From Anaeramoeba ignava BMAN (lineage: Eukaryota > Protista > Anaeramoebae): a stretch of DNA of 64,000 nt. The position numbers and the translations under genes are program-made. Each line of letters begins with the position of its first letter. The stretch's first letter is position 1. The stretch lies in contig JAPDFW010000114.1 in NCBI GenBank assembly GCA_028826165.1, positions 682,001 through 746,000 of the forward strand, given 5' to 3'. Below, in pieces: positions 24,844-36,334 of the stretch. The notes below the pieces were generated by a model. The model ran no database searches and was not told the origin of the DNA. It saw nothing but the letters and a program-made list of their open reading frames with translations.

Positions 24844-27800
24844 CTAATTTGGCATTGTTGATTTAATTTTTGAAATTATTGTATTATTCACATAAGCCAA
24901 ATTATCTGCAAAAACACTTATATATTCACTTTTTGGAGAAATTGGATAAACTCTTGAAGTAATACAATATTTTTCATTTGCATAAACTTCCACAATAGTA
25001 TGATCAACTAAAATCAAAATATTTATAATTCCATTTTCATTTAATGGAACAAAACCTCCTTGTGAAAATTTTTCTGGATCTTCAAGTTTTGTTGAATTTG
25101 TTCTTTTTATATAAAGTGTTGAATTTTGTGAATAATAAACAATATCAGTAAATTCTTCATTTGAATCTAAATCCCATAAAATTCTAAATCCTATTTCTGT
25201 TGTGTTTTTTGGTTCAATTATTGCTTTAATTTCAAATTGTCGACTTGTAAAATTTTTAATTGTGAAAAATTCAAGATTATTTTCTTCTGTTGAATTAAAT
25301 GAAATGTTTCCCAAATCAATTTCAGAATATAAGAAATTTTGAAGTTGTGAAATTGGTCTAAATCCAACAGAAATTTCACTATAATTTGCTATTTAATATT
25401 ATCAAAAAGAAAAGATTAAATTTTTAAAATGATTTTTAAAATAATTTTTAAAATAATTTTAGAAATAAATTTGGAAATAAATTTTAAAATAAATTTGGAA
25501 ATGATTTTGGAAATAAATTTGGAAATAAATTTGGAAATAAATTTTAAAATAAATTTGTAAATAAATTTGGAAATAATTTTGGAAATAATTTTGGAAATAA
25601 TTTTTAAAATAAATTTGGAAATAATTTTGGAAATAAATTTAGAAATAAATTTGGAAATAAATTTGGAAATAAATTTGGAAATAATTTTGGAAATAATTTT
25701 TAAAATAAATTTGGAAATAAATTTGGAAATAAATTTGGAAATAAATTTGGAAATAAATTTGGAAATAAATTTTAAAATAAATTTGGAAATAAATTTGGAA
25801 ATAAATTTTAAAATAAATTTTGAAATAAGTTTGGAAATAAATTTAGAAATAATTTTTAAAATAAATTTGGAAATAAATTTAGAAATAAATTTGAAATAAA
25901 TTTTGAAATAAATTTGGAAATAAATTTGGAAATAATTTTGGAAATAAATTTGGAAATAATTTTTAAAATAAATTTGGAAATAATTTTTAAAATAAATTTG
26001 GAAATAATTTTGGAAATAATTTTTAAAATAAATTTTGAAATAAATTTGGAAATCAATTTTGGAAATAAATTTGGAAATAAATTTTGGAAATAAATTTGGA
26101 AATAAATTTTAAAATAAATTTTGAAATAAGTTTGGAAATAAATTTAGAAATAATTTTTAAAATAAATTTGGAAATAAATTTAGAAATGAGTTTGGAAATA
26201 AATTTAGAAATAAATTTGAAATAAATTTGGAAATAAATTTTTAAATGATTTTGGAAATAATTTTGAAATAAATTTGGAAATAAATTTGGAAATAAATTTG
26301 TAAATAAATTTAAAAATAAATTTTAAAATAAATTTGTAAATAAATTTGTAAATAAATTTGGAAATAAATTTGGAAATAATTTTGGAAATAAATTTGGAAA
26401 TAAATTTGGAAATCAATTTTGGAAATAAATTTGGAAATAAATTTGGAAATGATTTTGGAAATAAATTTTGAAATAATTTTGGAAATAAATTTTAAAATAA
26501 ATTTTGGAAATAAATTTGGAAATAAATTTGGAAATGATTTTAAAATAAATTTGGAAATAAATTTTTAAATAATTTTTAAAATGATTTTGGAAATAAATTT
26601 GGAAATCTCTAAATTACCATTAGTGATCGCATAAATTTCACGAGGAAATCCCATAACTCCTGCCCATCCTTGCTCAATTTGACCTTCTTCACTTCTTGCT
26701 TCAGTAACCCAACCCCACAAAACATAAAGATTTTTTGTAGGATCAAAAAATTGTTTAGCTGCATAATAAGTTCCATAATCTAAAAGAAATTGGTCAGATT
26801 CAATAATAAAAGAATTCAAAGATTGATTATAAGTGCCAATATAATAAGTATTTTGTCTTCTTGGAAGAGAACTAATTGTAAGAATAAATTTCCCAGTTTG
26901 TTCTAAAGGAAAAAGACCAGGACACTCCCAAATTGTATCTGAACAGTTATCGGGTGATTGAACAAGAATATTCTCAAAAGTCCAGTTAAACAAGTCTTGT
27001 GAAGAATAAAGAAGAACATTAGCTTTTGAATTTGATGAACGACCTGATCCAAGAATTAAACTAAAATTTGTTGAATTATAAGAAAATACAAATGGATCTC
27101 TAAATGCAGTAAAATCTGTAAATGGTGGATTTGAGATAACTGGATTTCCTGCATATTGTTCTAATTCTAAAAAGGAATCATTTATAGGAATTGCAATACA
27201 TTGTGATTCATTGAAAGGAAGACTATATTGATTAGTAACTCCTGTATAATAAAAAAGAACATTCCCGTTTTCTAAAAATATAATTAATTTTAATAATAAT
27301 TTTAATAATAAATTTAATAATAATTTTAATAATAAATTTAATAATAAATTTAATAATAATTTTAATAATAATTTTAATAATAAATTTTAATAATAAATTT
27401 AATAATAATTTTAATAATAATTTTAATAATAATTTTAATAATAATTTTAATAATTTTAATAATATTTTTATTAATAATAATTTTAATAATAAATTTAATA
27501 ATAATTTTAATAATAATTTTAATAATAAATTTAATAATAATTTTAATAATAATTTTAATAATAAATTTTAATAATAATTTTAATAATAATTTTAATAATA
27601 AATTTAATAATAAATTTTAATAATATTTTTATTAATAATTTAATAATAATTTTAATAATAAATTTAATAATAATTTTAATAATAATTTTATTAATAATTT
27701 TATTAATATTTTTTAATAATAATTTTAATAATAATTTTAATAATAAATTTAATAATAATTTTAATAATAATTTTAATAATAATTTTAATAATAATCAATT

Positions 27801-28843
27801 TAATAATCAATTTAATAATAAATTTAATAATAATTTTAATAATAATTTTAATAATAAATTTAATAATAAATTTAATAATAATTTTAATAATAATTTTAAT
27901 AATAATTTAATAATAAATTTAATAATAATTTTAATAATAATTTTAATAATAATTTTAATAATAAATTTAATAATAAATTTAATAATAATTTTAATAATAA
28001 TTTTAATAATAAATTTAATAATAATTTTAATAATAAATTTATTAATAATTTTAATAATAATTTTAATAATAAATTTAATAATAATTTTAATAATAATTTT
28101 ATTAATAATTTTAATAATAATTTTATTAATAATTTTATTAATAATTTTAATAATAAATTAAATAATAATTTTAATAATAATTTTAATAATAATTTTAATA
28201 ATAATTTTATTAATAATTTTATTAATAATTTTATTAATAATTTTATTAATAATTTTAATAATAATTTTAATAATAATTTTAATAACAAATTTAATAACAA
28301 ATTTTAATAATAATTTTAAATAATAATTTTATTAATAATTTTATTAATAAATTAATAATAATAATAATAATTATAATAATAAAAACCATCTTGAAAAGCA
28401 CTTCCAGACCAACACCCTTCTCTATCTGGTCCATCTTTTGTTGGAGAAAGTGCTATTGGTAATCTTTCCCAACTCATACAATCATCAGAAATTGCATGAC
28501 CCCAATGAATATCACCCCAAATTGGTTTATTTGGATTATATTGATAAAATAAATGATATTTTTTTGTGCTTGCAAGATATATTGGTCCATTTGGATCATT
28601 CATCCAGTTTTTTTCAGGTGTGAAATGATATAATGGTCTCATTTCTGTATAATCTTTTATGCTTTTTGTTTGATATTTTATTGGTGGATGATATAAAATT
28701 CCAACTAAAATACAAGATAAAGAAATTGCAAATGCAATGATTATGACTAAAATACTTGGTTTAAATATTTTCTTTGGTTTTTTTTGATTATTTGGAAAAG
28801 TTGAATCTAATTCTTGTTCATCAAATAAATTTTCATTTTCCAT
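24844..28843 (-). CDS. Glycoside hydrolase family 32 (beta-fructofuranosidase/levanase-like) with N-terminal membrane anchor; exons 28843-28387, 27271-26618, 25388-24844
   Basis: WMNDPNG, WGHA, WSGSA, FRDP and WECP catalytic motifs are intact after splicing; C-terminal [11 protein letters not shown]...ITSRVYP; N-terminal [23 protein letters not shown]. Confidence 0.9.
25389..26617 (-). repeat. 1.2 kb intron of 12-bp repeat (GGAAATAAATTT on + strand)
   Basis: Minus-strand GT/AG ends that restore the GH32 frame. Confidence 0.85.
27272..28386 (-). repeat. 1.1 kb almost pure A/T intron of 12-bp repeat (TTTAATAATAAW on + strand)
   Basis: Minus-strand GT/AG ends that restore the GH32 frame. Confidence 0.85.
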
Positions 28844-28914
28844 TTTGAAAAATTAAAAAAAGAGAAGAAAAGGAAAAAAATGAAATTTTGAAAAGAGATT
28901 TTTTTTTTTGATTT

Positions 28915-29747
28915 TCATTTTCTGTTGTTTCTATTTCTATTTCTATTTCTATTTCTATTTATTCTTATTCTTCTTTTTTTTAAAATTAATTTCCACCAAA
29001 ATTGAATTTTTTTTGCATTATTTTTTTGTTTAAGAAATTCCCATTTTTCCCATTTTTCTTTCTCTTTTTTTTCATTTATTTTTTCAATTTCTTCTTCATA
29101 TCTTTTTGATTGATTTTTAAATTGATTAATTTTCTTTTCAATTTCTTTGATTTGAAGATTTTTTTCTTCAATTTTTTCCATTTTTTGATTAATTTCAATT
29201 TCAATTTTTGAAATCCATTTTTGATTTTCCTTTTGGATTTGAATTATTTTTGTTTTAAATTTGTTTCTTCTTCTTCATTTTGCGATCTTTTTTGTTCTCT
29301 AATTATTTTTAATTGATTAATTTTTCGAATTAAATCATTTTCAATTTGATTCATTTTTTTTTTCAAGATTTGGATTTCTTGATCAGAATTTTCTTGAATT
29401 TTTTGTTTTTTTTGTTGAAATTGTTTTTCTTCATTTTGAATTTTCTGTTTAATTTGCTCAATTCTATTTTCAAATTCTTCAATATTTTGATGAAAAAATT
29501 TTTGTTTTTTATTAAATTGATCTTCTAATTTTTTTAATATTGATTCATTTTTACAATCTTTAAGTGAATTTTCTAATCTTTTTTGTGAATCTAATTGTTG
29601 ATCTGTTATTAAAATTTCTTGAATTGTGATTGTTTTTAAATCTGAAATTATTTTAATTAAATTTTTTGTTAATTTTGTTTGTTCTGATAAAGAAGATATT
29701 TTATTAATAAAACTATCAAAAATCAATTTAAATGAATGAATATTCAT
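28915..29747 (-). CDS. Coiled-coil protein with C-terminal IQ-like motif, IQCD/DRC10-like; apparent 1-nt deletion near 29247
   Basis: Adding one A to CAA AAA TAA gives ...KQKIIQIQKENQKWISKIEIE...; C-terminal NAKKIQFWWK followed by a basic tail, as in IQCD/IQCG. Confidence 0.5.
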
Positions 29748-29809
29748 TTTTTTTTTGAGAAAGAAAAAAGTGGAATTGATCAAAAAAAAATTTTTTATTT
29801 TTTATTAAA

Positions 29810-30240
29810 AACATTTTGAACATTGAATTAATAAAATAATTTTGAATTAATAAAACATTTTGAATTAACAAAACATTTTAAATTAATAAAACATTTTAAA
29901 TTAATAAAACATTTTGAATTAATAAAATATTTTGAATTAACAAAACATTTTGAATTAATAAAACATTTTGAATTAATAAAACATTTTAAATTAATAAAAA
30001 CATTTTAAATTAATAAAATATTTTGAATTAAAAAATAATTTTGAATTAATAAATAATTTTAAATTAATAAAACATTTTGAATTAATAAATAATTTTAAAT
30101 TAATAAAATATTTTGAATTAATAAAATATTTCAAATTAATAAAACATTTTGAATTAATAAAACATTTTGAATTAATAAAATATTTTGAATTAATAAAACA
30201 TTTTGAATTAATAAAACATTTTGAATTAATAAAATATTTG
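29810..30240. repeat. 19-bp minisatellite (TTTTGAATTAATAAAACAT) between divergent genes
   Basis: Seen directly, about 20 degenerate copies. Confidence 0.9.
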
Positions 30241-30300
30241 ACAGAAAAAATTTTTAAAAAAAATCAAAATTCATTTTTTTCTTTTCAATTCCTTTTTATA

Positions 30301-31842
30301 ATGTCAAGAAAAAGAGCACCTGAAAAAGAAATAACAGATAAAGATCCAAATCCACTTACAAAACAAGAAGTAAAAGAAGAAATTTTTTAAAAAGAAAAAT
30401 CTAATTTAAAAAATAAAAAAAAAAAATTTATTTTTTGATTGTTTTTTATAAAGGAACCTGAAAAATGGAAACCAGCAGATGAATCTATACTTCAAAGAAG
30501 ACATATTTATACAGCAAGAAGAAGAAAACCTTTAACGAATATAGTTAAAAAAGAAAATGAAATTAAAAAAGAAAATGAAATTAAAAAAGAAGATGAAATT
30601 AAAAAAGAAAATGAAATTAAAAAAGAAAATGAAGTTAAAAAAGAAAATGAAGTTAAAAAAGAAGATGAAATTAAAAAAGAAGATGAAATTAAAAAAGAAA
30701 ATGAAATTAAAAAAGAAGATGAAATTAAAAAAGAAAATGAAGTTAAAAAAGAAAATGAAGTTAAAAAAGAAAATGAAGTTAAAAAAGAAAATGAAATTAA
30801 AAAAGAAACTCCTCAAACAAAAAGTATATTTTCTAGTGCTTTTAATACTCATAAATCTATTCAATCTCCAGGAAAAAAACAAGAAGAACCTCAAAAAGAA
30901 ACTCCAAAAAAATCTATATTCGCCCCTTTATCAAAAGTTGAATTGAAAAAAACTCCAACTCCTGAAAAAAAATCATTATTTTCAGGAATATTTAATATAT
31001 CAAAAAATAATGTAAAATCACCACCAAAAACTGGTTCATTATTTGGATCTTTACCAAAAAAAAACGAAGAAAGTCCAACAGAAAAAAGATCATTATTTGG
31101 AAATCCACAAAAAAAATCATTATTTGGAAATTTAATTAGAAAAAATCAAACAGAAAATCAAACAGAAAATCAAACAGAAAATCAAAAATCAAACAGAAAA
31201 TCAAAATCAAAATCAAAATCAGAAAAACAAACAGAAAATCAAAATCAAAATCAAAATCAAAAACAAACAGAAAATCAAAATCAAAATCAAAAAGAAAATC
31301 AAAAAGAAAATCAAAAAGAAAATCAAAATCAAAATCAAAATCAAAATCAAAATCAAAATCAAAATCAAAATCAAAATCAAAATCAAAATCAATTATCAAA
31401 ACCAAAAAAAACTATTTTAGATCATGAAGAAGGAGAAGAAACTTTATTTTCAACTCGTGCAAAATTATTCTCTTTTGATAAAGAAAAAAATACATGGAAT
31501 GAAAGAGGAACTGGAACTTTGATTTTATCAAAAGATAAATCAAACAAAATTAGAATTATTCATCGTTGCGAAACTTCTTTTAATGTTAGACTTAATGTTT
31601 ACATTTATTCAAAAATGATTTGCCAAATTTTAAAACCAAAAAATTTAATCATTAAAGCTTTGGAAAGAGTAACAACTAAAACAGTTTCAGATGAAAATCA
31701 AAATAAAGTTATTGTTGAAAATCATGATGTTTTTTCAACTTTTTTGATTAGAACTCAAAAAGAAGAACAAACTATAGAATTATTTAATTGGATCGAAAAA
31801 ATTAAAAAAGAAATTGAAGAAAAAAAAGAAGATCAAAAATGA
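30301..31842 (+). CDS. NUP50: Nup50/Nup2-like nucleoporin (NUP50 N-terminal motif, SLFG repeats, Ran-binding domain); intron 30370-30453
   Basis: MSRKRAPEKEITDKD...ADESILQRRHIYTARRR; SIFS/SLFG repeats; RanBD EEGEETLFSTRAKLF..WNERGTG. Confidence 0.75.
30547..30807 (+). repeat. Coding 18-bp repeat encoding KKE(N/D)E(I/V)
   Basis: About 14 tandem units inside the Nup50-like ORF. Confidence 0.9.
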
Positions 31843-32092
31843 AAAAAAGCAAACAAAACAAAACAAAACAAAACAAACAAACAGAATAGTTTTAGAACAA
31901 TCACTTTCTCAAACACAATTCCCTTTTTTTTTTTTTCAATTTTTTCAATTCATTTTTAAAAAAGAAAATTAAAATTTTTTTAAACGAAAAATGAATTTTT
32001 TTTTAATTTGGATTTTGTGATTTGAATTGAAAAAAAAAAAAAGGAAACATTAGAATTTAAAAGAAAAATGGATTTTAAAAGAAAAATGGATT

Positions 32093-34218
32093 TTAAATAT
32101 CCAAATCATTTTTAAGTTCTTTTTCATCTTTTTTAGATTTATCTTTTTTAGGTTTTTTACTTTCTTTATCTTTGTTTTTATCTTTGTTTTTGTTTTTTCT
32201 TTTTTTTCTAACAATTACTAAAATCAAAATTATTCCTCCAATAACAACAACAGGAACAATTATTCCAACAATAATACCTGTTGTATTTGTTGAACTGGAA
32301 TCTTTTTGTTGAGGACTTGTTGTTTTAATTGTTATTGTTGATATAGTTCCACATTTATCATTTGAATCACATCCTGAAATATTGATTTGATATTCTTGAT
32401 TTTCTAATTCAACTTTAAATGTTTTGTTTGTTGAAGTAATTGAATAATTTCCTGAATCATTTTCTGAAATTGATTGATAACTTAAATTATAATAAAATGG
32501 ATTTTCTGAACAATTAATTGGTGAATTCCATAAACAATTAATTTCAGTAAAATTTGAAATTGAACATGTTAAATTCTCAACTTTTTCAAATTTTGTTATC
32601 ATTGTAATTTGATTTGAAATTTCTCCTTCATCTTCTCCTTCACATAAAAATGTTCTACAACTTGTCATTGAAATATTATATTCTTTTCTACATCCTAAAT
32701 TATCTAAAATAAAAGATTTTAAAGAAGAATTATTAATTGAAATGTTTTGAGATTGTTCGATTGAATCTTGATAAAAAATAAGATAATGATCAAGTTGAGG
32801 AATTTCTGAAATAATTTCTACATTTGGATAATCCCAAGAAATATTAAATGAAGAACTTGTTTGATTTGATACACTTAAATTTTGAACAGATCCTATTCTT
32901 GTTAATAAATCAAATGAATCACATGGTTCACCGCATTCAAAGATATTGAGTATCACAAGCTTTAATTTGAATTGAATAATTGTAATTTCCAAAAATATTA
33001 GAATAAATTGAAGAGTTGAATTCTTGATAAAAAACATTTTCAGATACATCTAAGTTTGGAGATTGAATAGATGTCCAACCAAATCCATAATTAATTTGAT
33101 ATTCAAAATATTCTGGAAATTCATCTTTTATTCCAATAACATTTGAAAGAAGAAAACAAAGAAGAACAATTAATCAAATTCACTTTAGAAGGAACTGCCT
33201 TATAAATGTAAGCTCTTTTTAATCCAGAATCAGTAACAACAGCAATATTATCAATATTAGAAACACTTCTTCCAAAACATGATGTAGTTTCATTTGTTAG
33301 ATTCTGTTCAAGATTCCAATATGTTTCATTAAATCTGTAAATAAATGCTTGATTATCACTATAAGCACCAATAACAGTAACATTTCCTGAAATTGAAACA
33401 GAAACTCCAAAATATTCCACTGTTGGTTGTGATACATTTTGTTCAAGATTCCAATCACTTCCATTATATCTATACCAAAAAGCTTCTTTTGAAATATAAG
33501 CACCAATAACAATAACATTTCCTGAAATTGAAATGGCACTTCCAAAATGAGAACCTGTTGTTCCTGATAAATTCTTTTCAAGATTCCAATTACTTCCATT
33601 ATATCTGTAAATAAACGCTTCATCATCACTATCAGCACCAATAACAATAACATCTTCTAAAACTGAAACAACATCTCCAAAATAAGTTGCTGGTTCTGAT
33701 AAACCTTGTCCATTATCCCAAACACTTCCATTATATCTATAAACTTTTGCAAATCCAGCAAGAGAACCACTAACAGTAACATTTCCTGATGCTGAAACAG
33801 AATATCCAAAATTTGAAGATAAAGACGAATAATTTTTTTGAGAAACCCAACTATTTCCATTATATTTGAAAATGCAAACATCTTTTTCGAAAGGAATTCC
33901 AACAATAAGAAAATTTCCTGAAACTGAAGCAGAATATCCAAAATCATAGTTTGAATCAGCTATAACTTGCTTTAAATTGAAATTCGAACCATTTTTTTCA
34001 TAAATATAAACTTTGTAAGCATAATAATCACTAAAAACATAAATATTTTCTGAAATTGAAGAACTGTATCCAAAAGTAGAAGAAGAATCATTAGAAATAA
34101 GAACATCTATTAATTCCCAATGGAAAGGTGGAGATGATAAGTAATCATTTGTTTGAGAAATGATTTGAAATATTCCAAAAATTGAAAAGAAGATCAAGAA
34201 ATAAAATATTTTTTGCAT
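32093..34218 (-). pseudogene. FG-GAP/FN3 membrane protein copy B, with two +1 frameshifts (~33127, ~32940); pseudogene or assembly error
   Basis: Inverted paralogue of 6659-8790; extra A after YWNK, and 13 nt instead of 12 between ACT and TGC in the CDT..C segment. Confidence 0.65.
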
Positions 34219-34551
34219 TCTTATTTTATTTAAATTAATTAAATTTTAATTAATTAAATTTTAGTTGAATTTTGACTTATTCAATTTTAAATAAAAATGT
34301 GAAAGAAAATTTTTTTGTTATTTGTTTTACTTTTGTTTTACTTTGTGTATTTGTTTTGGTTTTTGTTTTGGTTTTGTTTGGATTATTTAAATTGAGAACC
34401 AAAATAAATTTTAAAAAGAAAAAAATGAAAAGAAAAAATGATCAAAAAAGAAAAGAAAAATTTTTGTTTTTTTGTTTTAATAAATTTCTAAAAGAGAAAA
34501 AGAAAGAAAAAAAAAAGGAGAATTATGTTTATTATTATAATATTATTGATA

Positions 34552-36205
34552 TTAATCATCAAAAGTCCAAAATTTCCAAGTTTTTTCAGCACAAGAAACA
34601 AAAAATTGAGAATTTAAAGAAATATCAAAATCCAAAACATAAGCATCATGACCTCTAAGAGTTTTCTGTAAAGACCAATCATTTGTTGACCAAAACTTAA
34701 CAGAATTATCATAAGAACTTGTAATCAAAAAATCAGCATTTTTTTTCTCATAAAGAACATTTGAGATCAATTTAGAATGAGCAGGTAAAGTATAAATATT
34801 TTTTTTCTTTCGAATATCCCAAATTTTAACAGTATGATCATCAGAAGCTGTAGAAATTTGGAAACCTTGAGGTGAGAATTTTGCGCTCATAATTTTTTCA
34901 ACATGTCCATCAAGAACCATAACTTGATGACCAGTTCTAAGATCCCAAACAAAAGCAATTGCATCATAACCTGCAGTGCAAACTAATGATCCATCACAAT
35001 GGAAATCAATTGCATACACTTCGTGTGTGTGTCCTGGCTGCGTTAGTATCGTTTTTCCTGTCTCAATATCCCATAATTTCCAAGTTTTATCAAAACTTGT
35101 TGATCCAAGATATTTTCCTGTTGGATGAATTGCTATTTTTGATATTCTATCTGTATGACCTTTTAGTGTCATAAGTGATTCCTCTTTTGTTAGTGACCAT
35201 AGTTTTATTGTTGAATCTAAAGAAGATGTTGCAAATGCAAATGGAGCTTCTGTTTTAATTGAAGGATGATCTATTATTATTAAATATTATTAAATTAAAT
35301 ATTATTAAATATTATTATTATTAAATTGAAATATTATTATTATTATTAAATTAAATATTAATTAAATTAAATTAAATTAAATATTGTTAAGCACTTGTGG
35401 GTTCATTAGAATTTTCTTCAATCATTTCGTTAGAATCTGAATCAGAAATAGAAATAAAATAAGGATGAAATTTAACATCAGAAACTCTTTCAAGATGTTC
35501 TTCAAAAGAAAACTTCAAATTGCAATCAGGAATGCTCCAAATATTAGAAGAACCAGACCAAGAACCAGTAACAACAAAATGGTTATCAGGAGAAATAGCA
35601 CAAGAAGAAATAGGTCTTCCATCCGCAATTTGACTTGATTGACAAGTGAAATTTTTGATTTTTTTAAAAACACTCGAAATTCTTGCTTTTTCTTCAATTA
35701 ATTGATCTGCATTTTCTAATTTTGAATTCTTTTGTTTTTGGATTCTTTCTTTTGCACGAAGCAGCGAATAATATGAGCACAATAAACGCGCAGAATAAAG
35801 TTCATGGGATCCTTCTGTAAAATACATTTCTTGTTTTTCTTTTTCTTTTGAATCGTCTTTTTCTTCCTTATGGGTTATTAACTCGGGTATTTCTGCTCCG
35901 GAGTTAATAAGACTCATCAAAACATCACGCAATCTATCTCGACGATTCTCAGCATTCTCGCCAAAAAGACAGATTGGATGCTTTAGTTTTCGTAGTTGTT
36001 TTTTGACGTCTTTATCTTCAGTAGGTAGCGCTAATGTTCTTGCTTTTTTTTGCATTTCAAATTGTGCAAGTAGCGCTTCTTTTCTTTCTTGCGCTTCTTG
36101 ATCTAGTTGATCGAAAAGCGAATCATATGTAATAGGGTTTTGGTTTTCGTTTGTATTTTGAGATTGATTATTTTGATTTGATAAATTTGAAATTAAATTA
36201 TCCAT
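34552..36205 (-). CDS. PRPF4: U4/U6 snRNP protein PRP4 (PRPF4); intron 35271-35394
   Basis: PRP4/SFM motif LPTEDKDVKKQLRKLKHPICLFGE..RRDRLR, TEGS..L..AR and SQIADGRPIS, followed by WD40 repeats. Confidence 0.92.
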
Positions 36206-36334
36206 TTGAAAAATAAAAAAGAAAAAGAAAAGAAAAAAATGAAACATTATTTAAAAAAAAAAAATTTTTTCAATTCATTTTTTTCATTCCATTTTTTTGA
36301 TTGTTTGATTGATTAAATTTATTTTTAAAAAAAA

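Noticed and set aside
25389-26617. G-containing repeat as a telomere-like or G-quadruplex array
   Set aside because: Only GG dinucleotides in an A/T 12-mer, confined within an intron.
29810-30240. Regular 19-bp repeats as a possible CRISPR array
   Set aside because: Head-to-tail units with no unique spacers, no cas genes, and a eukaryotic context.
31985-34460. Inverted copies as terminal repeats of a large transposon
   Set aside because: No transposase, integrase or target-site duplication is seen, and the enclosed genes are ordinary cellular genes.
35271-35394. GTGCTT donor as a U12-type or non-canonical intron
   Set aside because: It is still GT-AG and lacks the U12 consensus RTATCCTT; donors in this window are generally degenerate.
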